From the human T2T-CHM13v2.0 reference genome, Homo sapiens: a DNA stretch of 64,000 bases. The translations under genes were made by a program, and so were the position numbers. Position 1 is the first letter of the stretch. Each line of letters begins with the position of its first letter. Positions 26,140-41,529 of the stretch are shown here, one piece after another. The notes beneath the pieces are model-generated. The model did not search any database and had not been told where the DNA came from. It worked only from the letters and a program-made list of their open reading frames with translations. The DNA is taken from assembly GCF_009914755.1 (NCBI RefSeq), contig NC_060936.1. One strand, 5' to 3'.

Positions 26140-29134
26140 TGAACAGGCCTAGAAATAATTTAGGCCTTCCCCAATATTGAGTTCCAAAATCGAACCAGTA
26201 ATAAAAAAACCCTACTATTCAAGCCTGTAATCCCAGCACCTTGGGAGGCTGGGGCGGGCGGATCACGAGGTCAGGAGATGGAGACCATCGTGGCTTACAT
26301 GTTGAAACCCCATCTCTACTAAAAATACAAAAAAATTAGCTAGACGTGGTGGCAGGCACCTGTATTCCCAGCCACTCAGAAGGCTGAGACAGGAGAATAG
26401 CATGAACCCAAGAGGCGGAGCTTGCAGTGAGCCAAGATCCAGCCACTGCATTCCAGCCTGTGCGACAGAGTGAGACTCCGTCTCAAAACAAACAAACAAA
26501 CAAACAAACAAACAAACAAACCCTACTCTTCAAAAAGGCCCCAGACCAGGTGGATTCACAGCCAAATTCTACCAGATACAAAGAAGAACTGGTACCAATC
26601 CTACTGAAACTGTTTCCAAAAATTGACAAGACCAACATCAAACTGATACCAAAAACCTAGCAAAGACAAAATAAAAGAAGAAATCTACAGACCAATATCC
26701 CCTTTTGCATAGATGAAAAAATCCTTAACAAAATACTAGCAAACTGAATTCAACAGAACATCAAAACCTTAATTCACCTGATCAAGTAGGCTTTATTCCT
26801 GGAATGAAAAATCGGTTTAACATAGGCAAATCAATAAATTTTATTTAACCATATAAGCAGAATTAAAAACAAATCTATATGATCACCTCAATAGATGCAG
26901 AAAAACCTTTTGATAAAATCCAACATCCCTTCATGATAAAACCCCTAAAGAAACTAGACATCGAAGGAACCTACCACAAAATATTAAGAACCATATATGA
27001 CAAACCCAAAGCAAACATCATATTGAATGGGCAAAAGCTGGAAGAATCCCCCTTGAGAACTGGGGCAAGACAAGGATACCTACTCTTACCACTCCTATTC
27101 AACATAGTACAGAAAGTGCTAGCCAGAGCAATTAGGGAAGAGAAAGAAATAAAATGCATCCAAAAAGGAAAAGAAGAAGTCAAACTATCTCTTCACTGAT
27201 GATATGATTCTATACTTAGAAAACTCTAAGGACTCTGCCAAAAGGCTATTAGAGCTGATAAAGGATTTTAGCAAGGTTTCAGGATACAGAATCTATGTAC
27301 AAAAATCAGTAGCATTCCTATACATCAATAACATTCAAACTAAGAGCCAAATCAAGAATGCAATCTTATTTCCAATAGCCACACAAAAAAATAAAATACT
27401 TAGGAATACATCTAACCAAGGAAGTGAAAGATCTCTATAAGGAGAACTACAAAATACTACTGGAATAAATAATACATGATAAAAACAAATGGAAAAAAAT
27501 TCCATACTCATGGATTAGAAAAATCAATATCATTAAAATGGCCATATGCCCAAAGCAATCTACATTTTCAACATTATTCCTATCAAGCTATCAATGACAT
27601 TTTTCACAGAATTGGAATAAACAATGCTAAAATCCATATGGAAGCAAAAAAGATCCCAAATAGCCAAAGCAATTCCAAGCAAAAAGAGCAAAGTGAGAGT
27701 CATCATGCTACCCAGCTTCAAACTATACAAGAAGGCTACAGTAACCAAAACAGCATGGTCCTCGTACAAAAGTGTATAGACCAGTGGAATAGAATACGGA
27801 ACCCTGAAATGAAGCCTCACACTTACAGCCATGCAATCTCCAACAAAGTCAACAAAAATAAGCAATGGTGAAAGGACTCCCTATTCAATAAATAGTGCTG
27901 AGATAACTGGTAAGCCATAGGCAGAATCATGAAACTGGACCCTTACTATTCACCATATACAAAAATTAACTCAATATGGATTAAAGATTTAAATGTAAGA
28001 CCTCAGACCTCAAATTATAAGAATCCTAGAAGAAAACCTAGGAAACACCATTCTGGACATCAGCCTTGGAAAATAATTTATGACTAAGTCCTCAAAAGCA
28101 ATTACAACAAAAAAAAATTGACAAGTGGAACATAACTAAACAGATTGTGCACAGCAAAATAAACTATCAAGAGAGTAAACAGAGAACCTACAGAAATGGG
28201 GGAAAATACTTTCAAACTATGCATCAAACAAAGGTCTAATATTCAGAATCTATAGGGCACCCAAGTAACTGAACAAGCAAAAAATGAATAACCCTATTGA
28301 AAAAGGGGCAAAAAACACGAACAGGCACTTCTCAAAAGAAGACACACAATTGGCTAACAAACATGAAAGATGCTCCCTATCACCAATCATCAGAGAAATG
28401 CAAATCAAAACCACAATGAGATACCATCTCACACCAGTCAGAATGGCTATTATTAAAAAGTCAAAAAACAAAAAATGGTGGCTATGCTACAGAGAAAAGG
28501 GAACACTTATACACTATTGGTGGGAATGTAAATTAGTTCAACCACTGTAGAAAGCAGTTTGTGGATTTCTCAAAGAACTTCAAACAGAACTACCATTCGA
28601 CCCAGCAGTACCATTACCTGGTATACATCCAAAAGAAAACAAATCATTCCACCAAAAAGACACATGTACGTGCATGTTCATCACAGCACTATTCACAATA
28701 GCAAAGACATGTAATCAACCTAAGTGCCTATCAATGGCAAATTGAATAAAGAAAATGTACATTTGCATTGTGGAATACTATACAGCCATAAAAAGAAATA
28801 ATGTCCTTTGCAGCAACATGGATGCAGCTGGAGACCATTATCTTAAGCAAATTAACACAAGAACAGAAAACCAAATACCACATGTTCTATCTTATAGGTG
28901 AGAGCTAAATATTGGGCAATCATGAACATAAAGATGGCAACAATAGACACTGGGGGCTACTAGAGGGATGAGGGAGAGAGAAAGGAAGGGTTGAAAAACT
29001 AAATGTTGGGTATACTATGCTCATTACCTTTATGATGGAATAATTTGTGCCTCAAAGCTCAGCATAACACAATATACCCAAGTAACAAACCTGAGCATGT
29101 ACCCCCTGAATCTAAAATAAAAATTGGAAAAAAA
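26140..29134 (+). mobile_element. 5'-truncated L1PA15/16-like element (~2.7 kb) with a disrupted ORF2 RT domain, interrupted by an AluY
   Basis: RT remnants ([29 protein letters not shown]) with stops and frameshifts. 3' end GTAACAAACCTGAGCATGTACCCCCTGAATCTAAAATAAAA. Confidence 0.93.
26223..26520 (+). mobile_element. AluY, missing first ~20 nt, (CAAA)n tail, nested in L1
   Basis: AluY diagnostics GATCACGAGGTCAGGAGAT and GGCGGAGCTTGCAGTGAG. TSD AAACCCTACT(A/C)TTCAA at 26207-26222 and 26518-26533. Confidence 0.93.
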
Positions 29135-30068
29135 TAGGTCATATTTCCCTCAATATATGAATCCAGATCACAGCAGCTCAAGAAAAAGCACTTAATCACA
29201 GAAGAAATGCCCTTTGTTTGAGCTGCTGTAATCAGCTCAAGAAAATTTGGTAATTTGGTAAACTATCACTCATTTCGTTTTTAGATTGTTCTAAATGGTT
29301 AAGTTCTTTCTAATATTAAGGTGACAGTTGCTTATGGACAACTTCCATTTATTACTTGTACATTTGTAATCTGTACAGAAAGGAACATAGACTTTCTCTT
29401 TCAAAAGGTTAAAGTCAGCTCTTGCAATACCCACACTCCCTACAATTTGACATCCTCTCATTTTTCAAGGCACAAGAGTTCCATAAATCATTGTTGATCC
29501 ATAAGATGCAGAGAAGTCTCAAGGAAAACCCATTGAATCTAAATGATTTATTTACATGGTTTACTTCATGATTTCTTAAGTATAATTCTTTAATCACGCA
29601 CCAGAAATATTGCAGCTAGAGTAACAACAAAAACATGATTCTGATACATTTTGAGCAATAAAAGCATGCTAAGATTTGCTCTCACTTTTCTTGGTTTTAT
29701 TGTAAGAAAATAAATGTTTTTGCCTGATACCTTTGTGATCATTGATGTATATTTGCCAGATGACTGGCTCTTCTTACAGAGGTGGTCTTTCGGCATGAAA
29801 CAGAGAAGATTTAGCTATGAAATGAGCACAGGATATGTCTCCTTTAGATTCATGAGCTATATTATGTCCAATACCTCTTAATGTTTACTATCAATATATT
29901 AAAGACACTCTACAGTTGAAGACCATTGTAAAAGGCATGTTTCATAAGGTTTGCTGGTCACTAGCTTGCTTCTGTACACCCAGTTTATTATCTCCTACAT
30001 CAGCTAATATTGTTTGAAACTAGACAGCTTGTTTTTCTGAATTCATACTCCACTTTGGTTATTGGTTT

Positions 30069-30373
<305 letters not shown>

Positions 30374-30454
30374 TGGTTTGTTTTTAATATACATATCTTC
30401 TTATGTTTTTGTTATAGGTAGAACTTGAGTTAAATTTACCTAAAAAATAAATGG

Positions 30455-30802
<348 letters not shown>

Positions 30803-32089
30803 TTATGTAGGGCACTGAATGTCAGATCAAAGAATAAGGGAATTCACATAGATAATGGCAAGTCATTGGAAGTTTTAGAACAGGAAAATAATGATAAATT
30901 TTCTTATCCAGGAAGATCATCCTAATAATACCTTGAAGAAAAAAAGAAATTCACAAAGGGTAAACTGGAAATAAATCAATAGAAACGTTTCACTTTTCTC
31001 TTTGCTCTATTGCTGACATACTGGGGCAAAAAGCATTTTAAAAATTCCCATTTGCTAGTTTACGAAACCGGTGTGGTTATACTATTTTTCAAAAACAGTT
31101 ATATAGATTTAGGTGATGTTTCAAAATAGATGTTTTAACACCTTCAAAGAAAACAAAAATTATTGGGAGAGTACCATGAACTCAAATGATTAATATCATT
31201 ATGTAAATATACCCAGGTGATGGTTTCAACATTATAGTTTCTCAAGTACTCTCTTAAAATTAAAAACAATTAAAATCTAATAATGTTGTCTATATTAGTG
31301 CTTTGATTAAGGTATGTGACATTTACCAGGCATAACCTATTGGTTTGTTGATGGCGACTGGCAGGAGAGAAGTTATAGGGTCTGTATGGGAGTATAATAG
31401 AAAATAATCAAAATAATGAAACATTGGCTGTACAGCTTTTATAACTGCTATTCAATTATTAATCAAATCCGTTTAATTTAAAGCAATACACAACATAGTC
31501 ACAAAACTAATTCATGGTTACCACGGTAAATTCAAACACATAGAGAAAGCCAGCTGTGGATCAATATTCCAAACATTCAATTGTTAACTCAATCAGCTTT
31601 GACTAAAGGACCAACTACTGTATTACAAAAGCAATTAATAACTACAAGGAAATAGCCAAATGTTTTGCACACTTTCCTATTAATATGTGTCAGCAAATAT
31701 TTTGATAGTGTTATCTGCATACAATTATCCACAATGAGGTCACCTGTAGGATAGTAAAATATTCTATTAATAATAGAAATAAATGTCACAAAGCATTAAC
31801 CTATTGTTTTAAATGTATTTTATAGATAGGATTACAGAAATTGACAAATGATGACTATTATTTTAACTCTCTTAGTCACAGCGACTACCATTATTTTTGA
31901 ACAAACTAATTGCTCAAGTTGAATAACAGCAGTAACTCAAGCTTAATGCTGAGATTAATATAAAAATAAACTTTCATCAATATAGATAATGTATTGATTT
32001 GTTTTGCTTAAAAGTGACCCTGTCAATATGACCAAAAGTTCTCTCCACACTCAAACTTGTGTGTATAACCAAGAGCTGTCTCTACACTC

Positions 32090-32092
<3 letters not shown>

Positions 32093-32129
<37 letters not shown>
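32093..32129. repeat. (TG)18 microsatellite
   Basis: Perfect run. Confidence 0.98.
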
Positions 32130-32130
<1 letters not shown>

Positions 32131-32284
32131 GGACTTAAGGTTCACAAAAGAGGCAGGGCTTATACTGAGTATGATTAAAATATTAGCCCCTCAAACTCCA
32201 GGGGTTTTGTCTGTTTTGATCACTGTTATCCCAGCTGTTATCCCCAGGGAGACACAGAGTAGAATCGTACAAGATTAATAATAA

Positions 32285-33137
32285 AAATATATAAGGACCT
32301 TAAACAACTTAACAGCAAAAATGAAACAGTTCAATTTTAAAATGGGCAAGGTAGCCGAATAAACACTTCTCAAAAGAAGACATACAAATGGTGAACAGGC
32401 ATATGAAAAATGCTCAACGTCACTAATAATCAGATAAATGATCATTAAAACAACAATGAGCTATCATCTCACCCCAGTTAAAATGGTTTCCATCAAAAAG
32501 ACAAGTAATAAATAATGCTAGTGAGGATGAAGAGAAAGGACAACACTCATACACTGTTGATGGGAATGTAAATTAGTAGAGCCACTATGGAAAACGTATG
32601 GAGATTGCTCAAAAATATAAAAATAGAACTGCCACATTATCCAGCAATCTCACTGCTGCATATATATCCAAAAGAAAGGAAAGTGAATTATTAGTGAGAT
32701 ACCTGAAATACCTTGATTATTTCAGCACTATTCACATAGCCAAGATGTAGAACCAACCTGTGTGCATCAGTAGATGAATGGATAAATAAAATGTGGTTCA
32801 TAAACACAGTGGAATATTATTCAGCCACAAAAAGTATGAAATTCTATCATTTGCAGCAACATGGATGGAATTGAAGGCCATTATGTTAAGTGAAATAAGA
32901 CAGGCATGCAAAGACAAATATCACATGATCACATTAATATTTGGAATCTAAAAATGTTGATCTCATGCAGATAGAGAGTAGAATGACTGTTACCAGAATC
33001 TGGAAAGGTAGTAAAAAGGAGGGATGAAGAAGGATAAAGAGGGTTCGTTAATGGGTACAAAAATACAGTTAGATAGAAGGAATAAGATCTAGGGTTCAAT
33101 AGCACAATAGAGTGACTATAGTTAACAATAATTTATT
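32285..33137 (+). mobile_element. L1MA ORF2 end and 3'UTR, cut off by the younger L1PA
   Basis: TCAAAAGAAGACATACAAATGG, GGGAATGTAAATTAGTA, GTTAGATAGAAGGAATAAGATCTAG...GTGACTATAGTTAACAATAATTTATT. Confidence 0.9.
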
Positions 33138-34167
33138 GGGATGGTGGAGCCAAGATGGCCAAATAGGAACAGCTCCAGTCTACAGCTCCCAGCATAAGCG
33201 AGGCAGAAGATGGGTGATTTCTGCATTTCTAACTGAGGTACCGGGTTCATCTCACTGTGGAGTGCTGGAAAGTGGGTGCAGGACAGTGGGTGCAGTGCAC
33301 TGAGTGTGAGCCGAAGCAGGGTGAAGCATCGCCTCACCCAGGAAGTGCAAGGGGTCAGGGAATTCCCTTTCCTAGTCAAAGAAAGGGGTGACAGACAGCA
33401 CCTGGAAAATTGGGTCACTCCCATCCTAATACTGCGCTTTTCCAGTGGTCTTAGCAAATGGCACAAAAGGAGATTATATCCTGTGCCTGGCTCAGAGGGT
33501 CCTACGCCCACAGAGCCTCACCCATTGCTAGCACAGCAGTCTGAGATCAAACTGCAAGGCGGCAGCGAGGCTGGGGAAGTGGCACCCGCCATTGCGGAGG
33601 CTTGAGTAGGTAAACAAAGTAGCGGGGAAGCTCAAACTGGGTGCAGCCCACCGCAGCTCAAGGAGGCCTGCCTGCCTCAGTAGACTCCACCTCTGGGGGC
33701 AGGGCATAGCCAAACAAAAGGCAGCAGAATCCTCTGCAGACTCAAATGTCCCTGTCTGACAGCTGTGAAGAGAGTAGTGGTTCTCCCAGCACACAGCTGG
33801 AGATCTGAGAACAGACAGACTGCCTCCTCAAGTGGGTCCCTGACCCCCGAGTAGCCTAACTGGGAGGCACCCCCCAGTAGGGGCAGACTGACACCTCACA
33901 CGGCCGGGTACTCCTCTGAGACAAAACTTCCAGTGGAACGATCAGGCAGCAACAATTGCTGCTCATCAATATCCGCTGTTCTGCAGCCTCCGCTGCTGAT
34001 ACCCAAGCAAACAGGGCCTGGAGTAGATCTCCAGCAAATTCCAACAGTCCTGCAGCTGAGGGTCATGACTGTTAGAAGGAAAGCTAACAAACAGAAAGGA
34101 CATCCACACCAAAACCCCATCTGTACGTCACCATCATCAAAGACCAAAGGTAGATAAAACCACAAAG
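33138..34167 (+). promoter_or_regulatory. L1 5'UTR internal sense/antisense promoter with YY1 site
   Basis: YY1 motif CAAGATGGCC at 33151-33160; complete 5'UTR up to the ORF1 ATG. CpGs are partly decayed, so activity is unknown. Confidence 0.7.
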
Positions 34168-34756
<589 letters not shown>

Positions 34757-35304
34757 TTATTCTGCTGTGCAGAAGCTCTTCAGTTTAATTAGATCCCACT
34801 TGTCAATTTTGGCTTTGTTGCCATTGCTTTTGGTGTTTTCGACATGAAGTCCTTGCCCATGCTTATGTCCTGAATGGAAGCCATCATTCTCAGCAAACTA
34901 TCGCAAGGACAAAAAAACCAAACACCACATGTTCTCACTCATAGGTGGGAATTGAACAATGAGAACACATGGACACAGGAAGGGGATCATCACACTCCGG
35001 GGACTGTTGTGGGGTGGGGTGAGGGGGGAGGGATAGCATTAGGAGATATATCTAATGCTAAATGATGAGTTAATGGGTGCAGCACACCAACATGGCACAT
35101 GTATACATATGTAACAAACCTGCACATTGTGCACATGTACCCTAAAACTTAAAGTATAATAATAAAATTTAAAAATAGGCAGAAATATAAGGTTTCTCAA
35201 TTTGTTTCATCAATGTATAAACACTCAAAATTTTCCTACTTATAATAGATTAGGTATGGGTTTTGCTATAATTTCTAACAATTTTGGAAGTTGTCCATTC
35301 ACTG

Positions 35305-36110
35305 ACTTATTAATTTAATAAATAAGTATAGAACACCTATTCCAGGCCATCACTCAGCTTGATGCTGCACATTCAAGAATAAGAAGTTCTTTCGGTCTAG
35401 TTGGAGGAGACAGGTGACTAAATAGCAATTTTTGACCCTAATTGGAAAGATTTGTGGCCCAAGAAAGGAGAATGTGAAAGATGAGTGTTGAGGGCCTGTA
35501 AGAACTGAGGTTTTAAAGGTAACCAGAGACAGATCATAAAAACCATGTAATTATTTATATAGTTTTCAATAACCAACAGGTTGCAGAAAATGGTATGAAA
35601 ACTAGTTTAAGAAATGAAAATATTGCTGTAGCAATGGTGTGGATGATAAGTGAAAGAGAAAAAGACTGGAGGTAGTATGACAAATTAGAAGTCTATTTTG
35701 GTAGATAAGTCAAAAATGATGGAAGCTTGACTTACATAGAAGCCGTGGAAATGCAGGAAAGAAGATTACCATGGTAGGTGATAAGCTGATATAATCAACA
35801 GTACTTGGTCATCATTGGTGGCTGGTGACAGGGAGGAATATAGAGTAACTTGGGAGACTGGATAAATAACAATAGCATTCACTAAGAAGAAGATAAGAGA
35901 AAAGACAGTTTTGGAGGAAAAAAAATGGTATCCACTTTTAGATAGTAGATTTAAGTTGCCAAATTACAAGTAAAGATTCCAAGAGGCAGCCAAATGTACA
36001 ACTTTGGGATTCAAAGAAGGACATGGCTAGAAATAAATTCGCAAATCATCAGCATAAATGATAACCAGAGATATGGGAGTGATGAGGTAATATTGGAAGA
36101 GTGATGAAAT
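35305..36110 (-). mobile_element. L2 relic
   Basis: Purine-rich antisense L2 pattern (GGACATGGCTAGAAATAAATTCGCAAATCATCAGCATAAATG). Confidence 0.65.
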
Positions 36111-36496
36111 GCCATCTATTTTTGTTTTTTGTGTGTGAAAAATGTCAGGAAACATCATGTAGAGGGCAGTTTTCAGGAAAGTTATGTGTTACAAATATCA
36201 GGAGTGCTCAAATGGCTTCTGAAAATCTATATGGATAGTAAATGATTAGGGGGTTGAACAGAGATTGCTAAGTATATTTGTTCATGAAGTGGCATGCAAT
36301 TGCCTTGTCCCTTCAGGTTCTCTCCTTACTACAATACAACAGTCAAGGGAGACTAGCCTGAAAGTTTCAAGGGAAACTCCCTTACCCTGGCTTTGAATTG
36401 GAAATGAATTTAAAAGGTCAAAAGGTTTTAAAAGGTCATTGAATTATTTTTATATTTGCATAAAAATGTAATTCTCCATGCCCTATGCAGCATATA

Positions 36497-37290
<794 letters not shown>

Positions 37291-38396
37291 AACAAATTTA
37301 GAGTAATTTGTTAGCAATGGGATTTTATATGATTATCACATTTAATGGTCATATCTTAGTTTACGTGACCTGATTATTTCCATTTTGCCATTTAAGCAAT
37401 GGAAGTTTCTAGAGAATATTCTTGTAGTCCAACGAATGCAGAACCTGATTCCAGTTTTGACTGCCTCCCAAGCTATTAATCATGACGCTTGATTTAATCT
37501 CAAGAAAAACTCTTTATCTTTCTGCCTCATTTCCCTTTTGGTGATGAAGATATTGTTTCCTTCCAAACAATTGCCCAAAGCCTGCTTGGTGACCTCAAAT
37601 CCTCAGGTGTTGGAGGAGTGTCACTCAAATAATAAATCTCTTTTTCATTGTGACCTGCTTCCATCTCAGAGGTTCAGGAGAATGTTATGAAGTCACCTGC
37701 TACAGCTAAACAACGTGGATTCTTGGAATCTCTTGCACCAAACAGGACACATGGCAGCAGTTATGCTAAGAAGTAGGCACAAAAATAATTATCTGAAGGC
37801 GCCTGGTATATAGAGGTGATCAGAAAGAGACATGAGGCTGAAGCTTTCTACTGGGAATATATTTGTTTCATCAATTAGAACCAGCAAGGTGGATCAGAAT
37901 TTAAACTTAGGCTGCTTTATGAAAGCAAGTCTTCTAGTTTAGCAAAACTACTTGTGGAACGCAATCTTTTCAGGTTTGTGAAATAGTAGCGAAATATGTT
38001 TTTTTCACTGGCTGTACATTAAGCAAAGTATTAAAAAAGAAAGTTTTTTATATCTGACCTGAGAAATATGGAGTAGAGTTTTATGAAATCTGTCTCTTCA
38101 TTAAAATTTTTTATACCTGATGAGAGGGATCTGAGAAAGAAATGACCAATGCTATCAATGCCCGTATTTGAAGATGCTTTTTATATTCTAATTTAATCAA
38201 TGGTTATTATCATTATATTATCTGATCAAAAGTCCATTTATCAAACATTTGGATTAAAAATATCTTGATTTTGATTATAATTTTAATTGAGGTTATTAGG
38301 AAGTGATGATAGGAAAATTTCAACCAGTAAGCATATACAAAATTCCTATGTGGGAAGGAAATAAAACAGAAAATAAACAAACAGAGAGGAAGATGA

Positions 38397-38773
<377 letters not shown>

Positions 38774-41529
38774 TCATTCATTTACCTTAAAAATATATAA
38801 AATGCATGCAAGAAGTTGTCTGTAAAATGAGATGTGAATCATCATAAAATGGCATAGAGTAGAATAGAAAACTACGGTTTGTATGTAAATAATTAAAATA
38901 CTCTGTAAAAAGTTAAAAGTGTGGTATAAAAGATATTACCAAAAGCAACAGTATTTTCAAGGAAAAAATAATACGTGAAATAGAATATTCGGGAAAATTT
39001 GATGGGAGGTAGACTTTGAACTGAATTCAAGGTAGATAGAATTTATAAATGCATATAAGCAAATAAGGCATCTTTTCAGAGAGTAGGAACAGTAGAATGA
39101 TCAAAATAGGAAAGTAGAGAGGATGAAAACTAGAAGTTGGTATATCAGTTTGGCTAGGGGAGGATTTTGCAGGTTCGTGCTTGAGCCCTTGCTCCTTCTT
39201 GAAGGAGGTGTCTGACCTCATCTAAATTTTTTTTTTCTCATCTAAGGCTTAAGAGGTGGTGAATATGTCCCAACCTCAAGTGTGATCCTCCCTCAGACAC
39301 ATAGACAAAACCTATGAAGACTTTTGGTCTGGAGCATGAAAGGGGTGTTCAGAGCAGCTATTAAGCTGAGCTGGAACCAGTTGCTAGGGAAACCGGGCCC
39401 AGTTTTTTGTGGGGGACAGATGGTGTGGGGTGGAATTGGGGAAAGCAGGGTGGTGGGAAGTGGTCTGGCCATGGTGTTTCTGAAAATCCACTTATCTTTC
39501 CTCTAGTGGATCCTATTTGCTCTGTCTACCTACAGTTTTGTTAGAAATATTGGATTGAAAAATAAAGACCATTTGTGGAAAAAAGAAGGACTGCATACAA
39601 ATGAGCATATAAGTAGTATACGATCGTTCTTTCATGTTTAACAATAGTGATACATTGCACATTCTTGCACAGATATTATTTTGCAAAGGTGTCAATAATC
39701 TTGTAAGACTCATTCATTTTAGCCAAAGAGTATAGCCATCTCAATTTTTGGTACCTATCGCCACATTGTCTTTCAAATAGTAAGTATCAACATAGTGCTT
39801 TTACAAATATACAAGCAAATATATAAAGCAGCCCAACCGCAGCTTCTTTGCTCATTACTACTTTGACAATAATGATTCAAGTATCTAAGCATAACTTTTA
39901 TTTAAAATATTATAGATACTATTTCCTCTATGAAATCTGAAGAAATGAGCAAGTATTTTCTGCATGGAAAATATGCCAGACTATCTTTTTCCTTCAGTCT
40001 CCATCCCTTGTTCTGCTAAAACAGACACATTCATTAGAAGATCTGGACTGATTGCAGTTAAACAGTGTAGTGCAGTTGTGGTGACTCTAAGAATATGCAG
40101 AGTTGGCTACATTTGATACAACTGGCATTCTAAGCAACAGTAGTAAATTTCATGCTACTATTCCAAATTCAATGTTATTTAAGATATATTTCTAAATTAT
40201 GCACATTAAATAAAACACATCTGTGGACCAGATTCTACCAAAAACCATGCTAGTTTTGACTCAGTTCCCAATGGTGATTCTTGAAGCTCAAACTGGTTCT
40301 GTCTAAATAATTCACACCCTAACCAAGTACCTCTGATCCAGAAGATCCTTGGCCACCAGACAGAAGGGAATTTCTAGAGAACTTCTTCCATGCCTGCAAA
40401 GGGGCAAAAGGGACCTCCTTTGAAAATCCAGTAGTGCATCTACATATTTTATGTTTATGTGATAGTTTTCATTTAAAAATCCAAATCTATTGCCCTATTT
40501 AATTTTCATGATCTATATGTGTGTAAATTTTGTGAGTATCAAAATTGTATAGATAAGAAATAAAGAGGCCTAGGAAAGTAACTTGCCCCAAGTTTATGTG
40601 CAAGTAAATGGCAGAGTAAGCCTCTAATTTACTCTTAACTGCAGAGTTAGTATTCTAAGATACCACAGTTATTGCTGTGAATGCCTGAACTGATTTCTAG
40701 AGTGAAATTATCTGGAAAAATCCTAGATCACATCTCATGCTTCTCTGTGTAGCATGTCTGAGTATCAGGAAATTAAAAGGCCTAAATGATCTGGCTCTGC
40801 CACCTTAGAGGCATGTATGACAGACAGCCTTTCATGGTAATTCATTGCCTTGATGTGGGCATTGGAGTGTTACGTAAGGTTAACTAGGAAAAATAAACTA
40901 CAAATAGTAAGGATTCAACATTTAAAATGTGTATTCCTGTGAAAAGTGAGAAATAACAAGCAAGTTACTAGGAATACAAAAGTGACAAATGTACATTTGA
41001 AAATGTCACAGTCCTTTGAAAGAGAAGTTACAGAACTTTGTAGAAGTTACTTGAAATTAGAATTTTCTGGGAGCAATAAAAATAAAATAAATTCCAGGCT
41101 GACTGATTAAAGACAAACAAAACCTTTTAAAATTAGATTGTAAAAAACAAGCACTTAAATAACTTATAACTAATCTCTTGTTTATATAATCTTGACAATT
41201 CTGTCACTTGTGTTTATCCTAGGTTTACAAGTAATTTTTAAAACTATTGATCCCTAATATCTGTAAAATCAGTTTTGTTTCTGATTGAATTTACTCAGAC
41301 CACCTTTATCTTTCTATTCACCATTCATGTCCCTCGCCCATCTTTCAACATCACTGAAATAAGAGGAAGCAGTAAATCTCTAAAATGAATTTAAAAAGTA
41401 AAATCAAAATTAACTTCATTTGTCTTAGATTACTTTAAAATTCTCTTTATAGCCAATCTCATTTGTTTTCCAACATGATCACAAACCCATTTAACATTTA
41501 ATACACATAATGAAGAGGTATTTATTTAA

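Noticed and set aside
26879-28550. Reverse-transcriptase-like ORFs
   Set aside because: Fragments of a dead, 5'-truncated L1 ORF2 with stops and frameshifts.
31300-31800. Repeat-free stretch resembling a conserved non-coding element
   Set aside because: Conservation cannot be judged from one sequence, and the motifs are short and AT-rich.
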